Position numbers and translations under genes: made by a program. A DNA stretch of 62,480 nt, filler included. It is 3 parts of 3 records of this genome, joined end to end, with 100 filler letters (N's around TTAATTAATTAA, not from the genome) between each part and the next. Parts side by side here need not be neighbours in the genome. Positions count along the whole stretch, not along the records: positions 1 to 22,232 come from SRR22947725_829; 2 more parts are not named here. One strand, 5' to 3'. Below are positions 9,933-19,733 of this stretch, in pieces. How positions within the stretch are numbered: position 1 is the first letter of the stretch; each line of letters starts with the position of its first letter. A model generated the notes under the pieces. The model searched no databases, was not told where the DNA came from, and saw only the letters and a list, made by a program, of their open reading frames with translations.

Positions 9933-11628
9933 AGCTATTAATTTTATTGAGTATTTTTATTGTTTTTTGTTGAATTTTTATACTGTCTTTTGTGGATATA
10001 TCTGCATAATTGTATTGACTACATTCATTCAAGATACTTTCAATAATAATAAGATCTTTTGATTTAATTTTTCCTTTAATTTTCTCTATTAAAGAAAGAG
10101 AATCTAAGTTTATAGAGTCGATTAAACGCTTATCTTTGCAATAAAATCTTATTGCCTTTGGACAATCAACATATAGGCTATCTGAAGACTTTAGCAACTT
10201 AATTACATTTGATAAAGCTGATTTGTTTTTTAGTACAAGAGATTGATCTTCTATAAAATTATTTAATGGCTTTATAAAAAATGGTGCTAAAAAAATAAAT
10301 ATAGATGTTAAGATTATAAATAATGAAATATTGTAAATGTTGCTTGAATTTTCAGTTTTCCATACAGTGTCGGTTAGTTTTATATATCTAATATCCTTAC
10401 TATCAATTAGTTGGCTATCTTTAGAATTGCTCTCTATGTAAACACTTTTAGTAATATTTAATTTAATTGGATTTGATTTTGCAAAATTCCAGCTTTCTTT
10501 TTCAGTATCAAAGAATGGAACAGAAATTGCGCCTATGATATAACTTCCTTGTTTCCTGGGTATTAAATTATACTCCCAAGTAATTGTTCCAGAAACAGAA
10601 TCAGATATATTTCTTTCGATCAATGTCTGTCCATCAAAAACATCAAAATCATTTGGAAAATCTATAATAGGTCTACCAATATTACTTAGATTTCCCCTTC
10701 CTATTAGTGTTAGATAAAAAGTCATAGGAGTACCATTTTCAATAATCTTAGAAGAAACTGATGACTTTATATTAAAATCACCCACGGCGCCAGTAAAGTC
10801 TTTAGGTTCGTTCATAAGCTTTGATACGCTAATTGTTTTTTGTTCAGAAACTAGAATTCTTGCTTTAGTTCTTTGAGAGAACGTATCAAAAAAAGGATCA
10901 TCCCAAAATAATCTTCTTATTCCAGGATCCTTCTCTTTAGTTTCAATTTTCATAATCATCGAGTTCAAATCAAACTTTCCTTCAGATAGTGGGAATAGTG
11001 CAACTTCATAAATCTTAATAGATTTATATTTATATCCATTAATCTCTATATCATTCCATGCCTCTGGCTCGATTTGCTTACCAGCTGGATCAAATAATTT
11101 TTCAACCCAAAAATCTTTATATTTTGGAAATTCTGTTGATAATACTTTTGATGCAATTCTTGTAAAAAAAGTATATGTAACAATAACCTGCTCACCTATC
11201 TTGACATCAAGATCGCTAACTTCTATTTTTAAAAACATATCAGTAGAAGCAGTGTCTTTTTTCTTTCTTGAAACATTCATTGTTAGCTCTTCTGTAAAAT
11301 ATTGCTTTCCATTCAATAATATCTCAAGCCTTGGAATCTTTATTTCTCCTGATTTTTTAGCTATAAGGGTCCAAGATATAGACCTTGATGTACTCTTCTT
11401 TCCGTTAATAAATTTGTACTCACTTCCTATGCTAGGTCCCATAATAACTGAAAAATTTTCTAGTATTTGAGAGATATCTACTTCGGGATCTATATCAATA
11501 TCTTTGATTTTAATTGTAAAATTAAATGACTGATCTATATCGATATTTTTACTTACTACAAATGTCTCAATATCTTGAGAAAATAATGAAGAACTGACAA
11601 TTGTTATAGCTAATAAATACCTTATCAC
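9925..11628 (-). CDS. batD: BatD family protein (GTG start at 11628; TTG at 11631 is an alternative)
   Basis: FTGAVGDF, GRGNL and YNLIPRKQG motifs, C-terminal TM, position in the bat operon. Confidence 0.87.
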   Translation of the reverse strand: MIRYLLAITIVSSSLFSQDIETFVVSKNIDIDQSFNFTIKIKDIDIDPEVDISQILENFSVIMGPSIGSEYKFINGKKSTSRSISWTLIAKKSGEIKIPRLEILLNGKQYFTEELTMNVSRKKKDTASTDMFLKIEVSDLDVKIGEQVIVTYTFFTRIASKVLSTEFPKYKDFWVEKLFDPAGKQIEPEAWNDIEINGYKYKSIKIYEVALFPLSEGKFDLNSMIMKIETKEKDPGIRRLFWDDPFFDTFSQRTKARILVSEQKTISVSKLMNEPKDFTGAVGDFNIKSSVSSKIIENGTPMTFYLTLIGRGNLSNIGRPIIDFPNDFDVFDGQTLIERNISDSVSGTITWEYNLIPRKQGSYIIGAISVPFFDTEKESWNFAKSNPIKLNITKSVYIESNSKDSQLIDSKDIRYIKLTDTVWKTENSSNIYNISLFIILTSIFIFLAPFFIKPLNNFIEDQSLVLKNKSALSNVIKLLKSSDSLYVDCPKAIRFYCKDKRLIDSINLDSLSLIEKIKGKIKSKDLIIIESILNECSQYNYADISTKDSIKIQQKTIKILNKINSYV

Positions 11629-12362
11629 CAATCTTTTCCTGATTCATTACTGTAGTTAGCTTGCTTTCTTTTTTTATTCACTTTCTCATTCTCTTTTATT
11701 GCATTAAGTATATTTTCAGCAGTTTGTTTTGATTGAATTTCACGATTTTCTTCATTTTGCTGATCTGGAGATTTTGAATTTTGATTATCAGTTGGACCGT
11801 CGTCATTATTTTTTGAATCATTTTTATCTTGTTGATTGCTGGATTCATCATTTTGACTATCATCTTTTTTATCTCTATCTTTTTCTTTCTGTTTATTTTT
11901 ATCGCTTTCTTCTTTATCTGATTTTTTGCTTTCATCTTTCTTTTTTTGCATACTTTTATTCTTTTTAATCTCACTTTTTACAAATTCATAATTTTTCCGT
12001 GCATCCAAATCGTCAGGGTTGCTAAGTAACGCACCTCTAAAAGCTTTTAAACTTTCTTCAAGCTGCTGGGATCTATAAAGAGTATTTCCATAGTTATAAC
12101 TTAAATCTGATGAGTATACAGAAGAATCTTCATAAGCTTGCTCAAATACAGAACTTGCTTTACTCGTACTGTCCATCTGTGAATAAATAGTTCCTATATT
12201 GTACAGTAGTTCATCTTGCGATATATTTTCGTTTTCAGTATTTCTAAGCTGTTCATAATAATCTAAAGCAGATTGAATATCTCCATTCTCATACATTTTA
12301 TATCCCATATCCTGCGATGATAAAACTGATAACGAAATAATACTTACAAATAATATCTTCAT
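11625..12362 (-). CDS. batC: BatC-like TPR protein with charged low-complexity tail
   Basis: TPR repeats, NPDDLDARKNYE, K/D/Q/N-rich linker, C-terminal KDW. Confidence 0.85.
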   Translation of the reverse strand: MKILFVSIISLSVLSSQDMGYKMYENGDIQSALDYYEQLRNTENENISQDELLYNIGTIYSQMDSTSKASSVFEQAYEDSSVYSSDLSYNYGNTLYRSQQLEESLKAFRGALLSNPDDLDARKNYEFVKSEIKKNKSMQKKKDESKKSDKEESDKNKQKEKDRDKKDDSQNDESSNQQDKNDSKNNDDGPTDNQNSKSPDQQNEENREIQSKQTAENILNAIKENEKVNKKRKQANYSNESGKDW

Positions 12363-13357
12363 ACTTTTCTTTTTCCAGAAGGTAAAATATATGCGATAAA
12401 TAAGAAAAGTATAGCAAAAAATAAAGGATACTGATATTTATGGTCATATTCTGCAAATTCATAAGAACTAATTAAAGAAGCCTCTCCTTCACTTATTACT
12501 TCATTAATCTCTGCGCTTATCGGTTCATTATTAGAAATTCTAAAAAAACTACCTTTTCCAAGTTGAGATATTTCACCTAAAAATATATCATTCAATTTAC
12601 TCATAATAAGCTCTCCAGATTCATCTCTTAAAAATACTCCTTCTTTTTTTCCATCAGGAATTAAAGAGCCTTTTATGCTGCCTATACCGACTACATGTAT
12701 AGTAATATCATCAGATAAGGCTGAACTAACCGCATTTAATGAGTTTGAACTATGGTCTTCTCCATCTGAAAAAAGAAATATCATTTTTTGCTGAGGACTC
12801 TCTCTATCAAATGCAACAATAGACGTTTCTATTGCTTGCCCAATAGCAGTTCCTTTTGAAGAAATCATTTCAGTATCTACGCTTTTGACGAATAATTTTG
12901 CTGCATCATAATCCATAGTTAGTGGGAGATATAAAAAATTTGATCCAGAAAAAACTACGATACCCAGTCTATCACCCTTTAGATTATCTATAATTTTACT
13001 GATCTCAAACTTTACTCTGTCAATTCTAGAAGGTTTTATGTCCTGAGAATTCATACTAGTAGATACATCAATAGCGAATATAATATCCACTCCTTTTCTC
13101 TCAACAGGTTTAACCGTAGTTCCGGTTTTTAATCCCGCAATTGAGAAAACAATAATAAATAAAGATATATATCGTAATGAGGTCTTTATTCTCATGGTCT
13201 TTAAATTTCCTCTAGAAAATAAATTCTCTAAAAACTTTGGATTAAAGTTATCTGATCCAAAAACTTTATTATATTTCCCTCTATAGTATGAAACAAAAAA
13301 GATTGAAAGTGTAATCAATAGAGAAAAAAACGCTAGATTTAGATTTTCAAATGTCAT
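12359..13357 (-). CDS. batB: BatB-like VWA domain protein
   Basis: MIDAS DVSTSM, DIKPSR, PLTMDY and SDGEDH motifs. Confidence 0.88.
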   Translation of the reverse strand: MTFENLNLAFFSLLITLSIFFVSYYRGKYNKVFGSDNFNPKFLENLFSRGNLKTMRIKTSLRYISLFIIVFSIAGLKTGTTVKPVERKGVDIIFAIDVSTSMNSQDIKPSRIDRVKFEISKIIDNLKGDRLGIVVFSGSNFLYLPLTMDYDAAKLFVKSVDTEMISSKGTAIGQAIETSIVAFDRESPQQKMIFLFSDGEDHSSNSLNAVSSALSDDITIHVVGIGSIKGSLIPDGKKEGVFLRDESGELIMSKLNDIFLGEISQLGKGSFFRISNNEPISAEINEVISEGEASLISSYEFAEYDHKYQYPLFFAILFLFIAYILPSGKRKV

Positions 13358-14322
13358 AAAACTCTTCTAAAATATATAATTCTAAATAACTCACTTGATA
13401 ATAATAAAATAAACCCAGCATATAAAAACCACAAATAAACCTCTTTATATTCTGAATAATAGCTTATACTGACTTCAGATTTTTCCAACTCATTAATTTC
13501 AGAATAGATTCCTGTTAAGCTTTGCTTATCAATAGCTCTAAAGTATTTTCCACCTGTTTCTAAGGCGATACCTTTTAGAGACTCTTCGTCAATTTCATTT
13601 CTAATATATCTTCCACCAGGTATTTGTGTTACTGCTTGTCTAGTTCCAGCCCCAATTGTATAAATTCTAATATTATACTCTTTTGCTATCTTTGCAGCCG
13701 CTATTGGATCGATAGCTCCAGCATTATTACTCCCATCTGATAACAGAATAATTACCTTACTTTTTGAATCATTTACTCTCAACCTATTTATAGCATTAGC
13801 AATAGCTATACCTATTGCTGTTCCATCATACTTTGGCTCTACTACTGTTACTTCGCTTAAAAGATTGTTTAAAACACCGTAGTCAACGGTAAGGGGGCAT
13901 TGAATAAATGTTTCTTTTCCAAAAACTAAAAGGCCAACTCGATCACCCTTTCTATTATCAATAAAATCTTTAGCTGCTTGCTTAACAGCTTCCAGACGAT
14001 TAGGTTTAAAATCTTCAGCAAGCATACTGCTACTTGTATCTAATACTAACATAATATCAACGACTTCAATTGTTACATTCTTATCATTGGTAGATATTCT
14101 AGGTCTAGCTATAGCAATGATCAAACATACTAAAGCGGATATAAATAGGAATTTGAATAATCTAATTTTAACAATACCAGATCTGCCAAAAAAAGATTTT
14201 AAGTGCTTTGTATTTGAAACCTGAAAAGATATAGCTTTATTAGATAAATAAAATCTTTTGAATATTGATAAAGATATCAATATGACTATTAAATATAAAA
14301 AATTTGGATGTAGAAATTCCAT
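13354..14322 (-). CDS. batA: BatA-like VWA domain protein
   Basis: ALARP-like IAIARP, DTSSSMLAEDFKPNRL, GTAIG, LLSDGSNNAG and TGGKYFRA motifs. Confidence 0.9.
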   Translation of the reverse strand: MEFLHPNFLYLIVILISLSIFKRFYLSNKAISFQVSNTKHLKSFFGRSGIVKIRLFKFLFISALVCLIIAIARPRISTNDKNVTIEVVDIMLVLDTSSSMLAEDFKPNRLEAVKQAAKDFIDNRKGDRVGLLVFGKETFIQCPLTVDYGVLNNLLSEVTVVEPKYDGTAIGIAIANAINRLRVNDSKSKVIILLSDGSNNAGAIDPIAAAKIAKEYNIRIYTIGAGTRQAVTQIPGGRYIRNEIDEESLKGIALETGGKYFRAIDKQSLTGIYSEINELEKSEVSISYYSEYKEVYLWFLYAGFILLLSSELFRIIYFRRVL

Positions 14323-14329
14323 TTATTAC

Positions 14330-15688
14330 CTATTTAAATAATTCTTCCTTATTCAATGAATGCGCAAAATTGAATAAAGTTTCCTCTTTAAATGAATTAC
14401 CTACAATTTGGAATCCTATAGGTAATTTATTTTTTAACACTCCCGCTGGAATATTTAGTGAAGGAGTACCTATTAAATTGAATGGAACAGTAAATATATC
14501 AGCAAGATACATTTTAATAGGATTGTCTAAATTATTTTTTAATGGAAACGCTGCTGTAGCGGTGGTTGGTATAAATAAGCAATCTACCCTAGAAAAAAGC
14601 TTATTATACTCATCTTTTATAAGTCTTCTAACTTTTAATGCTTTTGAATAATATGCATCATAATATCCAGAAGATAATACATATGTTCCTGTCATAATTC
14701 TTCGCTTTACCTCATCAGAAAAACCTTGAGATCTAGATTCAACATACAATTCATTCAAATCTTTAGAAGCCACTCTTTTTCCATATCTAACTCCATCAAA
14801 ACGAGATAAATTTGATGAAGCTTCTGCCATGGTCAGCACATAGTAAGTAGCAACGCAATAGTCAAAATATGGTAAGTCAATCTCTACTAGTTTCACTTTA
14901 TTCTTTTGTAAGAAGTCTAGCACTACATGATACCTATCCCTAATCTCGCCATCTATTTCAGATAGAACGTAATCACTTAAAATTCCTACTCTTTTAGGAA
15001 GCTCATCTTTATTATACTTTTCTAATGATAGAACTGCTTCCATGGATGATGTTGCGTCTTTGGGATCATTTCCAGACATTACGCTGAATGCTGATGTTAT
15101 ATTTTCAAGTTGCTTAGATAATATTCCTATTGTATCAAATGATGATGCATGAGCTACTAAACCATATCTAGAGATTCTACCATATGTAGGTTTAAGGCCA
15201 TATATACCACAAAACGAAGCTGGCTGTCTTATAGAACCACCTGTATCTGAACCTAATGCAATATCACACAAATCTTCTGCCACAGCTGCTGCGGATCCAC
15301 CGCTAGATCCTCCTGCAACTTTGCTTAAATCATAAGGATTTTTAACAGAGCCATAAATTGAATATTCTGATGATGAACCCATTGCAAATTCATCCATATT
15401 TGTTTGCCCTGTTATTAGGGCTCCATTAGATTCTAAGCGATCTATTACAGTAGCGCTATATGGAGATTCATAAGATTGTAAAAGATTAGATGCACATGTT
15501 AGAGGCTCTCCCTTTATAGCAATATTATCTTTTACTAATATGGTTTTTCCTGACAATCCATTACTATTATTAACTATTTTTGGAGAAATTTTATCGAATC
15601 TTGTTCTAATAATAGCATTTGTTTTGCTACTAGCAATTTTTTCTTGCTGAGAAACAAGTTTTTGTTTTAAAGCATTAGATGGGGTCAT
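14330..15688 (-). CDS. gatA: Asp-tRNA(Asn)/Glu-tRNA(Gln) amidotransferase subunit A
   Basis: Amidase signature [36 protein letters not shown] and [22 protein letters not shown]. Confidence 0.96.
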   Translation of the reverse strand: MTPSNALKQKLVSQQEKIASSKTNAIIRTRFDKISPKIVNNSNGLSGKTILVKDNIAIKGEPLTCASNLLQSYESPYSATVIDRLESNGALITGQTNMDEFAMGSSSEYSIYGSVKNPYDLSKVAGGSSGGSAAAVAEDLCDIALGSDTGGSIRQPASFCGIYGLKPTYGRISRYGLVAHASSFDTIGILSKQLENITSAFSVMSGNDPKDATSSMEAVLSLEKYNKDELPKRVGILSDYVLSEIDGEIRDRYHVVLDFLQKNKVKLVEIDLPYFDYCVATYYVLTMAEASSNLSRFDGVRYGKRVASKDLNELYVESRSQGFSDEVKRRIMTGTYVLSSGYYDAYYSKALKVRRLIKDEYNKLFSRVDCLFIPTTATAAFPLKNNLDNPIKMYLADIFTVPFNLIGTPSLNIPAGVLKNKLPIGFQIVGNSFKEETLFNFAHSLNKEELFK

Positions 15689-15694
15689 CTAACT

Positions 15695-15871
15695 TTATTC
15701 TTCGGATTTTTCAGATTTTCTTAATTCATCTTTGGTGTCATCCAATGCACCGCGAAATTCTCTTAATGATTTAGCAAATCCTCTGGCTAAACCAGGAAGT
15801 CTCTTACCGCCAAAAAGGAGTAAAAGAATAAGAAAAATTATTACTAATTCACCTGTACCTAAATTAAACAT
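15695..15871 (-). CDS. tatA: twin-arginine translocase TatA/E subunit, 58 aa (absent from ORF track)
   Basis: Hand translation MFNLGTGELVIIFLILLLLFGGKRLPGLARGFAKSLREFRGALDDTKDELRKSEKSEE shows a TM helix, FG hinge and amphipathic helix. SD AGAGG lies upstream. Confidence 0.93.
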   Translation of the reverse strand: MFNLGTGELVIIFLILLLLFGGKRLPGLARGFAKSLREFRGALDDTKDELRKSEKSEE

Positions 15872-15887
15872 ATCAAAACCTCTTTTT

Positions 15888-16166
15888 TTATCTAAAGTAT
15901 CTTAATAAATAATATGCAATAGCAAAACCAATAACACTACAAACATTGAATCTTAAAATGAACCCAAAATCAAGTGCAATAACACCTAAATCTACTAAAA
16001 ATCCACTATCAATTGAACCAAAAGAAAAATCAAATGTAGTAAGGAAGAATTGCTTAACCGTACTTTCACCGGGTAATATATATCCCAAAAATTGACCCAA
16101 AGCAGTTCCAATCATTGCTCCAGACAATATTCCAATACCAATCAAACTAACACTTCTACTACTCAT
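15888..16166 (-). CDS. small membrane protein, DUF4321-like
   Basis: Two hydrophobic segments and a VDLGVIALDFGFILRFN pattern typical of DUF4321. Confidence 0.65.
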   Translation of the reverse strand: MSSRSVSLIGIGILSGAMIGTALGQFLGYILPGESTVKQFFLTTFDFSFGSIDSGFLVDLGVIALDFGFILRFNVCSVIGFAIAYYLLRYFR

Positions 16167-17230
16167 GACTTACCTAGTACTAAGTTAACTACTTTTATTT
16201 CATTTTCTCTTTGAATTCTCAACTTAATCATATCGCCTGGTCTGGCATCATTATTTGCCAAAACAAGTTGAAGCTGATCATAGCTTTGAATTTGATATCC
16301 TTCAATTCCAATAATAATATCTCCCTTATACAATGCTTTATTATCTCCAGAATTATCATAATCAACAGAGTTGATATACAATCCTATCTCTCCATTATCT
16401 CCATATCGATATGATGTTGCATTAATTCCAAAAGAAAATCTCCTATCAATAAATCCTTTTAACTTTAATTCTTCTGCAATTTTTTTTGCATAATTGATTG
16501 GAATTGCAAATCCAAGATTTTCTGAATCATTCCTCACAAAAGTATTAATAGCTAATACTTTACCGTTAGTATCTACTAAAGGCCCGCCACTGTTTCCTGG
16601 GTTTAAGGAAGCATCGGTTTGAATCATATTATTCATTAATCTTTTAGTGTTTGCATCAATTCCAAAATCTGCATTAATAGCACTGATAATACCTGCAGAT
16701 GCTATTGGTTGATAATTTGCTGCAGCAAATAAACTTTTTGGATTTCCTAGTGCAACCACCCATTCTCCCACTATAGCTTGATCTGAATCGCCAAGCTCAC
16801 AATGATAGAAATCTTCTCCCTCAATTTTCAAAAGAGCTACATCTGACCTACTATCAACCCCTACTATTGAGGCTACATAATGATCTCCTCCAGGCAGTGC
16901 TACATCAATTTTAATATTAGTTGTGGATAAAGAAGGATTAGATATCTGGGTAACTATATTATGGGCATTAGTTAAAACATATCCATCTTCACTTATAATA
17001 AAACCAGAACCAGATGACTGTATTGGCTTAATCGGCTTAAGTCGACCTGTCCAACGATTTATTTGGGTCACTTCTTGATTTCTATATATACTTACAACTC
17101 CTGGACTAGCGCTCTCTATCGCTGCTGTAATAGCTGTAGCTTTGGATTCAGAAACAGTAAAATTTGTTTCTTGAGAATTGTTACATCCAATGACTAAACA
17201 TAATAATATAATTGATATCTTATTTTTCAT
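16163..17230 (-). CDS. HtrA/DegP-family serine protease with one PDZ domain, probable lipoprotein
   Basis: GSGFII, TNAH, SDVALLK, IQTDASLNPGNSGGPL motifs and a lipobox-like VIGC. Confidence 0.92.
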   Translation of the reverse strand: MKNKISIILLCLVIGCNNSQETNFTVSESKATAITAAIESASPGVVSIYRNQEVTQINRWTGRLKPIKPIQSSGSGFIISEDGYVLTNAHNIVTQISNPSLSTTNIKIDVALPGGDHYVASIVGVDSRSDVALLKIEGEDFYHCELGDSDQAIVGEWVVALGNPKSLFAAANYQPIASAGIISAINADFGIDANTKRLMNNMIQTDASLNPGNSGGPLVDTNGKVLAINTFVRNDSENLGFAIPINYAKKIAEELKLKGFIDRRFSFGINATSYRYGDNGEIGLYINSVDYDNSGDNKALYKGDIIIGIEGYQIQSYDQLQLVLANNDARPGDMIKLRIQRENEIKVVNLVLGKS

Positions 17231-17954
17231 AAAAAATTTTATTTAATATTAATCCATGCGCAGGAGCTTTTAATAATTTTGCATCTTTTATTGGTTTCTC
17301 CAATAAACATAAAAACTCTTCTTTGGCTATTTTTTTCTCCATATATCCTATCATTGTTCCAACTAAATATCGCACCATATGATGCAAAAATCTATCTCCT
17401 TCAATAATATAAAATAATTTATCATGTTCCAATGTCCATTTTGATTTGAATATTTCACATATTGTATTCTTTTTTTCTATATCAAACTTAGAAAAAGATA
17501 AAAAATTATGCCTCCCTACTAACTTATGTTCAATATCTTTCAATCTGTCAAAATCAATTTCCTTCAATACAAAATGATCTTTGCTTAGCAGTGGATTTTC
17601 TGTCAAAGAGCATTGATACAAGTATTGTTTTTTAATGGCATCAAATCGTGAATGAAATTCAGTATTAACTGCTTTGATGTCTATTATTCGTATCTGTTCA
17701 GGCAATCTTGCATTTATAGCCCTTTTAATAGCATTTAATGATAGCTCGGTATGAAAATTGAAGTGGACTACCTGACCTAGGGCGTGTACTCCCGCATCTG
17801 TTCTACTCGCACCTACAACTCTAATCAGATTATTTTGATTTAAAAAAGACAAAGAATGTTCAATTTTATCCTGTATTGTATTCAAATTTTTTTGTGATTG
17901 GAATCCAGAGAAACTGGATCCATCATATTGTACTATAATCTTATATTTATTCAT
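17220..17954 (-). CDS. truA: tRNA pseudouridine(38-40) synthase
   Basis: YDGSSFSGFQ, SRTDAGVHA, FHSRF and FLHHMVR motifs. Start placed at MNKYK (17954). Confidence 0.95.
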   Translation of the reverse strand: MNKYKIIVQYDGSSFSGFQSQKNLNTIQDKIEHSLSFLNQNNLIRVVGASRTDAGVHALGQVVHFNFHTELSLNAIKRAINARLPEQIRIIDIKAVNTEFHSRFDAIKKQYLYQCSLTENPLLSKDHFVLKEIDFDRLKDIEHKLVGRHNFLSFSKFDIEKKNTICEIFKSKWTLEHDKLFYIIEGDRFLHHMVRYLVGTMIGYMEKKIAKEEFLCLLEKPIKDAKLLKAPAHGLILNKIFYEK

Positions 17955-19320
17955 ATATAGGAACTTCCATAGTAAATACAGTTCTTTCATTTAATTTTGA
18001 GCGATAGATAATCTTTCCGGATGGTAAAATTATTCCTGAAATACCTGTATTTGCACTCTGAATTATAGGAACTCGTTGCTCAACGGCCCTCAATCTTGCT
18101 AATTGAAAATGTTGATAAGGCATAAATTGACCCACATACGAATCATTAGTAATAATAAAGATTATTTCTGCTCCATTATCAACCATTGTTTCTACAATCT
18201 GAGGACTACTGGAATCATAACAAATTAGTATTGAGGCATTAAAGTCGTCTATATTAAAAGTTTTATATTCAGAGCCTGGATAAAAACTTCCTATATCGTC
18301 AAACTGATTCATTTTAGTGATCCATTTTTTAAAAAATGGAACATATTCAGCAAATGGGACCAAAAATATTTTTTGATATGTATCAAATGATCCATCTGGC
18401 TTTAAAATAATAGAGCTATTAAAGTTTTGATTTATTCCATCAATATTTTTTCTTTCTGGTATACCAGTAATAAGATAAGCTCCCGACAACTTATCTTGAT
18501 ATCTAATTCTGTCATATGAGTTATTTGCTAAAAATGATGTAACTGCCACTTCTGGCCATATGATAATATCTGCCTTATCTTCCAAAGATTTTGCTAATAA
18601 AGAATCCATTACTGCAAGATTTCTCAATCTTAGACTTGGATTCCATTTTTCATCAGGAAAAATAGAAGGTTGACCTATAGATATATTTATAGATTTTTTT
18701 ATATATCTATTATTTTGGCTATTCACATGATAATTTCCGAAAAACAAAATAAAGCACAATGTTAAGATGAAGTATTTTAAAAAAACTGTATTTCTTTCAA
18801 TAAAAAATCTATAAAGAATAAGATTAAAAAATATAACCATAAATGAAATTGCATACACCTCTATGCTGGCTAGTTGAATAATCCATATATATTCAGACTG
18901 AGTTAATGATAAATTCATCCATGGACCTGCTAAAGGACCAATATTTCTTAAAAACTCAACAAAAAATATCCAGGATAAAGGCGTTAAGAATAATTCCATT
19001 TTTTTCGGAATAAAATGTGTAGAAACAATAAAGGCCATCCAAAAAATAGTTAAATACAAAGATAGTGCTAAATAAGAAATAATTGCAATCATTGGTGTGG
19101 TACCAGAATTTAATCCCATCCAATTTAGAATAATCAAATTGCTTGAAAAACAAGCTATGAATCCAAATAAGGCTTTTTGAGTAATTTTTTCTTCTTCTGC
19201 AATACAGTGCAGTAGAGGTATAAAAGCAATCCAAGCAAGAAATCCAAAACTAAATGGTGGATATGAAAGGCCCAGTAATAAACCCGACAATAATGGGAGA
19301 ATTAATTTATTTATTTTCAT
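17947..19320 (-). CDS. lnt: apolipoprotein N-acyltransferase
   Basis: Multi-TM protein with nitrilase triad motifs IIWPE, YQKIFLVPFAEY and LICYD, plus RAVEQR and ANTGIS. Confidence 0.95.
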   Translation of the reverse strand: MKINKLILPLLSGLLLGLSYPPFSFGFLAWIAFIPLLHCIAEEEKITQKALFGFIACFSSNLIILNWMGLNSGTTPMIAIISYLALSLYLTIFWMAFIVSTHFIPKKMELFLTPLSWIFFVEFLRNIGPLAGPWMNLSLTQSEYIWIIQLASIEVYAISFMVIFFNLILYRFFIERNTVFLKYFILTLCFILFFGNYHVNSQNNRYIKKSINISIGQPSIFPDEKWNPSLRLRNLAVMDSLLAKSLEDKADIIIWPEVAVTSFLANNSYDRIRYQDKLSGAYLITGIPERKNIDGINQNFNSSIILKPDGSFDTYQKIFLVPFAEYVPFFKKWITKMNQFDDIGSFYPGSEYKTFNIDDFNASILICYDSSSPQIVETMVDNGAEIIFIITNDSYVGQFMPYQHFQLARLRAVEQRVPIIQSANTGISGIILPSGKIIYRSKLNERTVFTMEVPIYE

Positions 19321-19730
19321 TATTTCCTTCTATCAAGATAGGTCTGAAGAATAATAGAGGCAGATAACACATCAACCATTTCTTTATTTTTACCAGTTTT
19401 AATATCTTGCTGTATCATAATCTTCTTAGCATATTGACTGGACAATCTTTCGTCTTCTAAGTGTATCTCAAAATTATTACCCTCCATCACAACTTTAAAT
19501 TTATCAATAATCTCCGTCATACTATTTTCTTTATAATTCATATTCAACGGATATCCAATAACTAATGTTTTAACATTTTTTTCTAATGCAATTTTTTTTA
19601 GTCTTTCTATTAAATCTTTTTGATTTTTATAACGAATGGTTTCTAAGGGCATAGAAATAATTCCAGATGGATCAGATATTGCTATACCCACTTTTGATAA
19701 ACCAAAGTCTATTCCAATAACTCTATTCAT
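19320..19730 (-). CDS. ruvX: Holliday junction resolvase-like RuvX/YqgF
   Basis: GIDFGLSKVGIAISD, VIGYP, DERLSS and SASIILQTYL motifs. Confidence 0.94.
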   Translation of the reverse strand: MNRVIGIDFGLSKVGIAISDPSGIISMPLETIRYKNQKDLIERLKKIALEKNVKTLVIGYPLNMNYKENSMTEIIDKFKVVMEGNNFEIHLEDERLSSQYAKKIMIQQDIKTGKNKEMVDVLSASIILQTYLDRRK

Positions 19731-19733
19731 AGC

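Noticed and set aside
11696-11974. Alternative-frame and antisense ORFs over batC
   Set aside because: By-products of the low-complexity K/D/N/Q-rich batC tail, with no motifs and no true tandem repeat unit.
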